Source: Gemmatimonadota bacterium
GTDB lineage: Bacteria > GCA-2686955
DNA length: 64,000 bases
NCBI GenBank assembly: GCA_002686955.1
Contig: NYZA01000143.1
Coordinates: 6,974-70,973 of the forward strand
Direction: 5' to 3'
This document shows, piece after piece, positions 56,214-64,000 of the stretch; within the stretch, counting starts at the first letter, position 1; every line of letters starts with the position of its first letter. The translations under genes and the position numbers were made by a program. The notes below the pieces were generated by a model. It searched no databases. It was not told the DNA's origin and saw only the letters and a list, made by a program, of their open reading frames with translations.

Positions 56214-56428
56214 ATCGCCCGGCGGAGGCTCGTCGCTGCACCGATGGGTCCGAGGCGGTGTACGCCGGCGCACATGTCGGGCGATTCGTTTCGCGCTACG
56301 CCGCGATCTCGATCGGTCAACTAGTTGGTACGTAGCGCCAAATATCGATACACGCCTCTTTGGCACGTCTCTTGAGAGATAGGCGGTCCGGAGCTCGTTA
56401 CTCTTCACCGCTTTCAGGAGAACCCTCA

Positions 56429-57415
56429 ATGAGACGCACGCTCACCGTTCTGACAACGCTTTCCGCCGCCACCTGGGCGATCACCGGTTGCGCGGACACT
56501 CCCCTCGGCAGCCTCGGATCCGACGATGCCAATCTGGAAAGCTCGATGGATTCCAGCTATGGCGATTTCACCGACACGCACCAAGAATCGATGGAAGGCG
56601 CGGTCTACGCCGGAGACGACCGCGACGGCGACGGCGCCCTCGATCTCGCGCCCTTGGAAGGAAATGCATCGCTCCCGGTGGCCTGGGGGCGCAGGCCCAG
56701 TGGACCGATGCGACGCGTCGTCGAGACCTTCTATCCCGATCCCCGTCACGCCGAGAGCACGATTCGGCGCACGATGCACGGTCGGCTCTATGTGGACCGA
56801 AGCGACGACGGGATTCGAAACCCCGGCGTGAAGGGATTCGCCGATGATTGGAAACGATCGACTCGCTTCGTTCGCCTGGATGATGATGAGTGGCGCATGA
56901 CGTCGATCACACCAGCCCAGATCCGTCTCGCGAATCGAGACGCCCAGACCGTGTTCATCGAGAACGTCACGATCTGGGTCGATGGCGCAGAGGCCGTGTC
57001 GATCGATGATCCGAACGCCTTCCTCGAGTTCCCGGCCGATCTCCCCGTCGCGGCGCCAGGCCAGATACTTCGCGTCGAGGCCGCCGTGGGGAACACCGAC
57101 CAAGAGTGGACACCATCCCAGTGGGTCTACTTGCACACTCAGGGGCGCCGGATCCGAGATTGGGACGACGACGGCGCACCGCAAGATCGACCGCTTTGCC
57201 ACCGCTTCCGCATGTCGGACAACGGCGAACGGGGCGACCGGGTGCCGGGTGACGGGATCTACACCATCGAGATGGAGTTGAAAGGAGATCGCCCATTGGC
57301 CCGCGCCGTGATCGATGTCATCGCGTCCGAGACACTGATGTCGGAATTCGGTGACGACTACAACAGCACGGCCTGGGGCATCCCCTTCCTGGTTCGCCCT
57401 CCCGAGGGCGAGTAG
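56429..57415 (+). CDS. Lipoprotein, hypothetical (Asp-rich N-terminal region)
   Basis: Lipobox LSAATWAITGCAD. RBS AGGAG 8 nt upstream of the ATG at 56429. 328 aa, no family recognised. Confidence 0.5.
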   Translation: MRRTLTVLTTLSAATWAITGCADTPLGSLGSDDANLESSMDSSYGDFTDTHQESMEGAVYAGDDRDGDGALDLAPLEGNASLPVAWGRRPSGPMRRVVETFYPDPRHAESTIRRTMHGRLYVDRSDDGIRNPGVKGFADDWKRSTRFVRLDDDEWRMTSITPAQIRLANRDAQTVFIENVTIWVDGAEAVSIDDPNAFLEFPADLPVAAPGQILRVEAAVGNTDQEWTPSQWVYLHTQGRRIRDWDDDGAPQDRPLCHRFRMSDNGERGDRVPGDGIYTIEMELKGDRPLARAVIDVIASETLMSEFGDDYNSTAWGIPFLVRPPEGE

Positions 57416-57479
57416 GGATCTTCGTGCCCGCTCCGACGTACTAGGGACGACGCAAGAGTTGCGTCAAACCCCAGCAGCA

Positions 57480-57513
57480 GGGGCCGCCGAATGGCGGCCC
57501 CTCTCATTTTGTC
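57480..57513 (+). terminator. Rho-independent terminator (GGGGCCGCC-GAAT-GGCGGCCCC then TCTCATTTTGTC)
   Basis: 9-bp GC stem with 4-nt loop followed by a T-rich run, about 65 nt after the lipoprotein stop. Confidence 0.5.
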
Positions 57514-57516
57514 GCT

Positions 57517-58050
57517 GTGCTGGCACCGTCATACCTGGGCCGCTACCATGTCCGGATGTCATCCGAGAGCGCCTTCTGCCCGAGCTGTGACGGTCAGATT
57601 CCACCGTGGCGTGTCACCGCGGACGCGATCGTGGAATTGAGAGACAAGCACGGCTCCAATCTAGGAATCGTGCTGATCGAGAGACTCAACCCTCCACCGG
57701 GCTGGGCGATTCCGGGAGGGTTCCTCGACCCTGGAGAGGATCTGGAAGACTGCGCAAGACGGGAGGCTCTGGAGGAGACCGGATTGAGCGTAGAGCTCAG
57801 TGGCCTGCTCGGAGTCTACTCCGCACCGGGAAGGGATCCTCGCGGGCTCACGGTGACCGCGGTCTATGTTGCAACCGCGACTGGTGAACCGGTGGCGATG
57901 GACGATGCAAAATCGGTGATGATCGTCGACCCGGCGAAGCCGCCGACTCCGATGGCCTTCGACCACGATCTCATTCTCGAACACTACAGATCGTGGAAGC
58001 GTGGGCAGCGGGATCTCGGCGATTTGGTAGGAGCCAAGTCGGCACCGTGA
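57517..58050 (+). CDS. NUDIX hydrolase with N-terminal C-x2-C zinc-ribbon-like motif
   Basis: Nudix box GGFLDPGEDLEDCARREALEETGL (G-x5-E-x7-REuxEExGu). CPSCDG near the N-terminus. Start at 57517 or 57556. Confidence 0.75.
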   Translation: MLAPSYLGRYHVRMSSESAFCPSCDGQIPPWRVTADAIVELRDKHGSNLGIVLIERLNPPPGWAIPGGFLDPGEDLEDCARREALEETGLSVELSGLLGVYSAPGRDPRGLTVTAVYVATATGEPVAMDDAKSVMIVDPAKPPTPMAFDHDLILEHYRSWKRGQRDLGDLVGAKSAP

Positions 58051-58745
58051 GCTCGTGGCTTTGGATCGCGGCGATCTACCTTGGACTCCGTTACTTTGGG
58101 TTTTTCGGGCTCGGTGTGCTCCTGGCGGTGGTTCTGCTCGGGCAATGGACCGCCCGTCTCGTGGCGCTGGCGGCTCAGCGGTCCCGATTCCTGGCGCAAC
58201 GGAGAGCGGAGCTCGCCAATCCCGCGGACTATGGGGCTCGCCACCAGCTCGGAACGATCTATCTGCGGGCACGACGCTATGCGAAGGCCGCTCACTATCT
58301 CGAGGACGCCCTCGAGCTCATGCGAAAGAGCCCGCACGCGGAACCCGATCCGCAGTTGATCATGGACTGTGCGCGCGTTCGCTTCGCCCGGAGGGATTTC
58401 GCCGGCACGGCGATCTTGGCGGATGAGGTTGCACAGCGGCATGCGGCGCATCGAGTGGGTGACGCCAATCTCCTCGCCGGGCGCGCCCATGCCGCCACCG
58501 GCGCGTCCAACGAGGCTCTCGTCCATTTCGAGCAAGCGGCTGAACGAGCCCCTTCCTCGGCGGAAGCCGCCTTCCGGTGGGCGCGCGCACTTGCCGCGCG
58601 AGGAGAGGGAAGAAGGGCGTCGGCCGTGCTGCGTGGTTTTCAGACCGCTTCCGCCGGCGCGCCGGCATTCGTACGCCGCCGCGACCGCTGGTGGCGCCTC
58701 GCGATCGTCCTCTTTCCGGCGCTTCGTTTCTTGCCCCTCCGCTGA
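58047..58745 (+). CDS. Membrane-anchored helical-repeat (TPR-like) protein, hypothetical
   Basis: GTG start overlapping the NUDIX stop (GTGA). Two N-terminal TM helices (WLWIAAIYLGLRYFGFFGLGVLLAVVLLGQW), then Ala/Arg-rich helical repeats. Confidence 0.4.
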   Translation: MSSWLWIAAIYLGLRYFGFFGLGVLLAVVLLGQWTARLVALAAQRSRFLAQRRAELANPADYGARHQLGTIYLRARRYAKAAHYLEDALELMRKSPHAEPDPQLIMDCARVRFARRDFAGTAILADEVAQRHAAHRVGDANLLAGRAHAATGASNEALVHFEQAAERAPSSAEAAFRWARALAARGEGRRASAVLRGFQTASAGAPAFVRRRDRWWRLAIVLFPALRFLPLR

Positions 58746-61700
58746 TGCTCTCGTAGCGCGGATGCGGTATGGGTGCCCGCCTCCATCACCTCCTCCGGAG
58801 TGCCGGACGCGACGATCTCACCCCCTTCGTCCCCCGCCTCAGGCCCCATGTCGACCACGTAGTCGGCGGACAGCATCACATCGGGGTGGTGCTCTATCGC
58901 GATGACCGTGTTGCCACTGTCCACAAGACTTTGAATCACTTCGAGCAGCTTCTTTACGTCAGCCAAGTGCAACCCTGTCGTAGGTTCATCCAGCAGGTAT
59001 AGAGTATCGCCCGTCTGAACCCGGGCCAACTCTGAAGCCAGCTTCACGCGCTGAGCCTCTCCGCCGGACAGAGTCGTCGCGCTCTGGCCCATGCGCATGT
59101 ACCCCAAACCTACACGCCCCAAAGTATCGAGCACGCGGTGAATGCGACGGTGATTCTGAAAGAATATCGTTGCTTCATCGATGTGCATCTCCAGAACATC
59201 CGCGATCGTCTTGTCGCGGTAGCGGACTTCCAGCGTCTCGTCGTTGTATCGTCGACCTTTACAAGTGTCGCATCGAACCCACACATCGGACAAGAAGTGC
59301 ATTTCGACCAAGGTCGCTCCGGCACCTTCGCAAATCGGGCAACGTCCGTCCGCTCTGTTGAAACTGAAGCGTCGCGCGGAATAGCCACGTTGACGGGCAA
59401 GGCGAGTTCTAGCGAAAAGCTCCCGAATCGGAGCAATCGCGCCGCAATAGGTCGCTGGATTCGATTTTGGAGTGCGACCGATTGGAGCCTGGTCGATGAC
59501 CGCCAGCTTCGCCACCGGTTTGGCGTTCCCCGCGGGTTGATCGATCGATACCGTTCCGTCACCTGTACCTCCGCCCAGCAGCTCCGCAATGGCTGGTCGT
59601 ATGGTCTCCATCACCAGTGAAGATTTGCCGCTTCCTGAAACGCCGGAAACAACGGTAAAGGCTCCGATCGGAAGGTCGGCATCGACATTCCGCAGGTTGT
59701 GGGTCTCGCAGCCGCGAACTTCGATCTTTCCTCCTATTCCTGGCCGCGTGCCCGAGGGGGGTGCGAGAATCTCCCGACCTGAAAGGTAGGCTCCGGTGAG
59801 TGACTGGGAATCCCGGGCCAACTCGGCGGGTGAACCGGCCGAAACCACATATCCGCCGGTCTCGCCCGCACCAGGGCCAAGATCGATGACATGATCCGCC
59901 CGCTCAATCGTGTCGCGATCGTGCTCGACTACGAGAACGGTATTTCCGAGGTCGCGAAGATCCTCGAGTGTATCGAGCAACCGTTCGGTATCACGTGGAT
60001 GCAGCCCAACCGTCGGCTCGTCGAGTACATAGATGACCCCCGCCAACTTGTTGCCGATCTGAGATGCGAGCCGGATCCGCTGTGCCTCTCCACCCGATAG
60101 TGTGCTCGACGCTCGATCCAATGCCAAATAGCCTACGCCCACGTCCTCCAAGAACCCGAGCCGAGAAATGCACTCCAGAATCGCGTCCCGAGCGATCTCG
60201 CTCTCGATTGCACTCAGATCGCCTTCTAGGTGATTGAACCAATCGCCACACTGCGCGACCGTCATGGCTCCGACCTCCATGATGCTTCGACCGGCGATCG
60301 TAACCGCCAGCATTTCGCGCTTCAGCCTCTGCCCCCCACACCCGGTACACACCCGTTCCTTCATGACGCGCTCGAGCGATTTGGTCCAAGGACCTCCGGT
60401 GGAGGCGGAATGCCAGCGCTTCACTAGAGAGACCAACCCCTCCCACTTCATCTCATAGGTGTAGTCCCTAGAAGCCCGCCTTCGACGTCGCTTTCTTCGG
60501 ATCCTGTGGACCCGACCATCGTCGCCGTTCAGCAACACCGCTCTCTGATCTTCGCTCAGCTTGCGCCATGGCGTTCGCATGGTCGCACCGAGTTGCTCAA
60601 CCACCGATCGCAGCAGTGGACCGTAGGCGCTGTTGCTGTGGCGCAGCACAAACGCCGGAGCCTTGTCGAGAGCCGCCAGGATCGGTTTGCCGGGTTCCGC
60701 GATCAACTTTCCGACATCCGGCTCCCTTGAAATCCCAAGCCCCGCGCAGTCGGGGCAGGCACCCTGGTGACTATTGAAGCTGAACATACGAGGGGTCAGC
60801 TCCGATTCCAAATAGCGATCACATTCAACGCATCCCGGGCGGGTCGAAAGCTCTACTCGAAGATCCTCGCCTTCACGATCCGAAAAGGCCCGGGCGGTGG
60901 CGATTCCGCCGGTGATCCGATAGGCACGATCGAATGCTTCGGCGATCCGCCGTCGATTCCGGTCGATGGCTCGCACCCGGTCAACGACTGCGTCCACCCG
61001 GGAGATCGTTCGTGGATCGACTCCTATCTCCTCATCGAGGCGCAGATCTTCATTTCCGACCAGCACCCGCAGAAAGCCCTCCCCCATGAGGCGTTCTCTC
61101 GCATCGACCAATTCCTCGGCGCTTCCCAGCTCGAAACGTGTCGGTCGGCTCGCATCGAAAAGCGGCACGGTGATGTAGAGACGGCGAGCGGGCGCGACCT
61201 GAAGCACTTCGTCCGCGGCTCCCGTTGGGAAGTAAGCCTTCATCTCTCGCCCACATTCCGGACAGTGCGGCCGTCCGATTCTCGCCCACAGCAAGCGGAG
61301 GTAATCGTGTAGTTCTGTGGTTGTCGCGACGGTCGATCTCGGACTTCGCGACGCTCTTCCTTGATCGATGGCGATTGCCGGCGCAAGGCCCTCGATCGAA
61401 TCGACGGGTGGTTTGTCCATCCGCCCCAAGAAGCGTCGCGCGTAGGTCGACAGCGATTCGACGAAACGACGCTGCCCTTCAGCGAAGATCGTCTCGAATG
61501 CCAAAGATGACTTCCCTGAGCCCGACAAGCCGGTGATAACCGTCATCTTTCCATGGGGAATAGTGACGTCGATGCCCTTCAGATTGTGGGTTCGCGCCCC
61601 TTTGACCTCGACCGATCCACCCGCGACCAATCTCTCCCGCTTCTGTTTGCGAATCGGCGAGGTCTTCGGAGAACCATCGAACACACTCCTCAGGAGAGCG

Positions 61701-64000
61701 GATGTCGGTCCGGCCCCGGACTCGGCGACCGCCTCCGGAGTGCCGGCGGCGACGATCCTCCCCCCTCCCTCTCCTCCCTCCGGACCCAGGTCCACGATCC
61801 AGTCCGCCACCTTGATCACGTCACTATTGTGCTCGATGACGAGCACGGTGTTTCCCGAGGTTACCAGACGTTGCAGAGCCGCAATCAACCTGTCCACATC
61901 CGCGAAGTGCAGCCCCGTTGTCGGCTCATCCAAAATGTACAGAGTTCTTCCGGTATCGGGGCGCCTGAGCTCGGACGCCAATTTGACGCGCTGTGCCTCC
62001 CCTCCCGACAAGGTCGTCGATCGCTGCCCGAGCTGCATGTAGCCCAATCCCACATCCGCGAGTGTTCCGAGTGTGCGAGCGATCTTGGGAATGTCCGCGT
62101 AGAAGGCGTTTGCTTCATCGATCGTCATGCCCAATACATCGTGAATCGTGCGCCCCTTGTACCGGATCTCGAGTGTTTCACGGTTGAAGCGCAATCCATC
62201 ACACTCTTCACATGGTACTTGAACCGAGGCCAGGAACTGCATCTCTACTTCACGAACACCCGCTCCTTTACAGTACTCACACCGTCCACCGCTCACGTTG
62301 AAGGAGAATCGTCCTGGTTCGTAGCCACGGGCTCGCGATTCCGGAACTTTCGCGAAAAGCGAGCGGATCTCCGTGAACACTTTTGTGTAGGTCGCGGGGT
62401 TGGAGCGCGGTGTGCGACCTATCGGAGACTGATCGATCTCGATGACCTTGTCGACAGCGTCGATGTTGTCGATTCTGTCATGGTCGCCAGCTTCTTCATG
62501 AGCTCCGTGCAGGTGGCGCCTTAGCGCGCGATAGAGGATTTGATCTACCAGAGTGGATTTTCCACTTCCCGACACGCCAGTGACGGCGATCAAGCAGCTG
62601 AGGGGCAGCTCGACATCGATGTTCTTCAGATTGAATTGGCGTGCACCTCTAATCGTTATGGTGCCCTGTTCAGGCGGTCTTCGCGTCTCGGGCACTTGGA
62701 TAGATCGGCGTCCCAGGAGATAGTCCGCCGTTTGAGAACGTTTGGCCTGACGAATCTTGGAGTAGCTCCCACTCGCGACGATGTGGCCGCCATGGACCCC
62801 CGCTCCGGGTCCAACATCGATAATGTGATCCGACGATCGCATTGTCTCTTCATCGTGCTCGACGACTACGATTGTATTGCCGAGATCTCGGAGAGTCCCC
62901 AATGTGTCGAGCAACTTACGGTTGTCTCGCGCGTGCAATCCGATCGATGGTTCGTCCAGAACATAGAGCACGCCGCGCAGGCCTGATCCCACCTGTCGAG
63001 CCAATCGAATGCGCTGTGCTTCCCCGCCGGACAAACTGCCGGTCGCTCGATCCAATGTGATGTAACCGAGGCCGACGTCGATCAGGAATCGTAGTCTTGT
63101 TCGGATCTCCTTTACGATCTCCGTGCCGATGCTCCGCTCGCGATCGGCCTCGAATCCGAGCTGCTCGAACCATCGATCCGCTTCCGTGACGGTCATGCGA
63201 TTCATGTCGCTTATCACGCGATCCCTGAATCGAACGGCCCTGGCCTCCGGGCGCAACCGTGTCCCATCGCAGTTGTTGCAGGCTCCCTCGGCCAAGAAAC
63301 GCGACACTTTGGACCATTCTCCTCCTCCGGCCCAGAGAAGAAAGTGCTCCATGCCTCCCACAATGCCCCGAAACGCTCGACTGATCTTCCCGGAGACCTT
63401 TCGTCCTCGTCCCTCCCAAGCGACATCGAACTCGAGCTCGATCTTCCCCGTGCCCTTGAGCATGACCTGTCGAGCCTTGGCGGGCAGCTTTCGCCAGGGT
63501 GAATCGAGCGAGATCTCGAGATGATCGGCGACTACTTGCAGATCGGAAAGCCGGTATGGCGTATAGAGCAGCTTGCCGGTGCGGTCCAGATTGGCGAAGG
63601 CGCCGCCCGCGATGCTCTTGTCGCCGTCGGGAACGAGTAGCTTCGGATCGACACGCCGTTTCCAGCCGAGGCCCCTGCAATCCGGGCAGGCTCCGCGAGG
63701 CGAGTTGAAACTGAATAGACGGGGTTCGATCTCGGGCAATTCCACGTCGTGCCGCGGACAGGAGCGAAGAGCACTGAAGGTCGTGAGTCGATTCTCGAGG
63801 AGCACCCGAACCTGGCCGCCCGCCCGATCGAGAGCCAAACCGACGCTTTCCACGAGACGGGTGCGTCGATCCGGCGCGAGGGGAACGCGGTCGATGATGA
63901 TCTCGATCGTGTGGCGCTTGTATCGGTCGAGAACAATCTCATCTTCGAGGCGACGAATCTCGCCGTCGATCCGCGCGCGAACGAATCCCTCCGTCGCGAG
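58640..64000 (-). CDS. Fused double UvrA-like ABC ATPase (two complete UvrA modules in one reading frame; 5' end beyond window)
   Basis: In-window 1737 aa plus ~49 codons that are open to the edge (...GFVRARIDGEIRRLEDEIVLDRYKRHTIEIIIDRVP...). Four Walker A and four ABC signature LSGGE motifs. The second module begins VEVKGARTHNLKGIDVTIPHGKMTVITGLSGSGKSS with the CPECG zinc module but no UvrB-binding domain insert. Confidence 0.85.
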   Translation of the reverse strand, partial: LATEGFVRARIDGEIRRLEDEIVLDRYKRHTIEIIIDRVPLAPDRRTRLVESVGLALDRAGGQVRVLLENRLTTFSALRSCPRHDVELPEIEPRLFSFNSPRGACPDCRGLGWKRRVDPKLLVPDGDKSIAGGAFANLDRTGKLLYTPYRLSDLQVVADHLEISLDSPWRKLPAKARQVMLKGTGKIELEFDVAWEGRGRKVSGKISRAFRGIVGGMEHFLLWAGGGEWSKVSRFLAEGACNNCDGTRLRPEARAVRFRDRVISDMNRMTVTEADRWFEQLGFEADRERSIGTEIVKEIRTRLRFLIDVGLGYITLDRATGSLSGGEAQRIRLARQVGSGLRGVLYVLDEPSIGLHARDNRKLLDTLGTLRDLGNTIVVVEHDEETMRSSDHIIDVGPGAGVHGGHIVASGSYSKIRQAKRSQTADYLLGRRSIQVPETRRPPEQGTITIRGARQFNLKNIDVELPLSCLIAVTGVSGSGKSTLVDQILYRALRRHLHGAHEEAGDHDRIDNIDAVDKVIEIDQSPIGRTPRSNPATYTKVFTEIRSLFAKVPESRARGYEPGRFSFNVSGGRCEYCKGAGVREVEMQFLASVQVPCEECDGLRFNRETLEIRYKGRTIHDVLGMTIDEANAFYADIPKIARTLGTLADVGLGYMQLGQRSTTLSGGEAQRVKLASELRRPDTGRTLYILDEPTTGLHFADVDRLIAALQRLVTSGNTVLVIEHNSDVIKVADWIVDLGPEGGEGGGRIVAAGTPEAVAESGAGPTSALLRSVFDGSPKTSPIRKQKRERLVAGGSVEVKGARTHNLKGIDVTIPHGKMTVITGLSGSGKSSLAFETIFAEGQRRFVESLSTYARRFLGRMDKPPVDSIEGLAPAIAIDQGRASRSPRSTVATTTELHDYLRLLWARIGRPHCPECGREMKAYFPTGAADEVLQVAPARRLYITVPLFDASRPTRFELGSAEELVDARERLMGEGFLRVLVGNEDLRLDEEIGVDPRTISRVDAVVDRVRAIDRNRRRIAEAFDRAYRITGGIATARAFSDREGEDLRVELSTRPGCVECDRYLESELTPRMFSFNSHQGACPDCAGLGISREPDVGKLIAEPGKPILAALDKAPAFVLRHSNSAYGPLLRSVVEQLGATMRTPWRKLSEDQRAVLLNGDDGRVHRIRRKRRRRRASRDYTYEMKWEGLVSLVKRWHSASTGGPWTKSLERVMKERVCTGCGGQRLKREMLAVTIAGRSIMEVGAMTVAQCGDWFNHLEGDLSAIESEIARDAILECISRLGFLEDVGVGYLALDRASSTLSGGEAQRIRLASQIGNKLAGVIYVLDEPTVGLHPRDTERLLDTLEDLRDLGNTVLVVEHDRDTIERADHVIDLGPGAGETGGYVVSAGSPAELARDSQSLTGAYLSGREILAPPSGTRPGIGGKIEVRGCETHNLRNVDADLPIGAFTVVSGVSGSGKSSLVMETIRPAIAELLGGGTGDGTVSIDQPAGNAKPVAKLAVIDQAPIGRTPKSNPATYCGAIAPIRELFARTRLARQRGYSARRFSFNRADGRCPICEGAGATLVEMHFLSDVWVRCDTCKGRRYNDETLEVRYRDKTIADVLEMHIDEATIFFQNHRRIHRVLDTLGRVGLGYMRMGQSATTLSGGEAQRVKLASELARVQTGDTLYLLDEPTTGLHLADVKKLLEVIQSLVDSGNTVIAIEHHPDVMLSADYVVDMGPEAGDEGGEIVASGTPEEVMEAGTHTASALREHQRRGKKRSAGKRTIARRHQRSRRRTNAGAPAEAV

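Noticed and set aside
56378-56396. Sigma-54-like TGGCAC-N5-TTGAG upstream of the lipoprotein gene
   Set aside because: The -24 element is perfect but the -12 element lacks the essential GC (TTGAG instead of TTGCW). It is treated as chance.
1-64000. CRISPR arrays, tRNA/rRNA genes
   Set aside because: No direct-repeat/spacer periodicity and no tRNA-like cloverleaf candidates were seen in intergenic regions (3341-3860, 26810-26942, 28374-28491, 41071-41225, 48035-48328, 52319-52546, 56214-56428, 57416-57516) by eye. tRNAscan/Infernal would be needed to be certain.

Overview
High-GC (about 68-70% by eye) bacterial chromosomal segment, read from the sequence and the supplied ORF track only. In order it holds: (1) a minus-strand operon, DUF1343/NamZ-like, NTP-transferase, APH-fold kinase, consistent with MurNAc salvage. 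(2) A TetR-regulated RND efflux operon (tetR, NodT-type OMF lipoprotein, MFP, RND permease) with two palindromic operators and a truncated VapC/PIN remnant next to it. (3) A membrane AlkP/sulfatase-fold enzyme followed by a GCS2-CBS ligase and an AstE/AspA-like deacylase. (4) A compact cluster encoding the archaeal-type 'alternative' lower mevalonate pathway: UbiX, UbiD-family decarboxylase, aconitase-X large and small subunits, and isopentenyl phosphate kinase. (5) An envelope glycan/lipid-tailoring region: O-antigen-ligase-like protein, PDZ-DUF512, DegT aminotransferase, carbamoyltransferase, a second sulfatase-fold lipoprotein, B12-radical SAM, SGNH-TPR and a GT39-like glycosyltransferase. 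(6) A visibly lower-GC island (about 42-52 kb) carrying sat, a chimeric HdrA/QmoA-N::QmoC-like gene, an IS4-type transposase inserted next to a cbiA fragment, an intact dsrC, dsrM, and a dsrK-N-terminus fused out of frame to a dsrP fragment. This looks like a decaying dissimilatory sulfur locus. (7) A signalling/motility-associated block: REC-REC-HisKA without an ATPase, a giant FapA/DUF342 protein, a degenerate GGDEF with I-site, and a sigma54 promoter. (8) A NUDIX gene and a fused double-UvrA (about 1790 aa so far) running off the window end. No rRNA, tRNA or CRISPR array was recognised. Many long ORFs in the track are antisense shadow ORFs typical of high-GC DNA and were not called.
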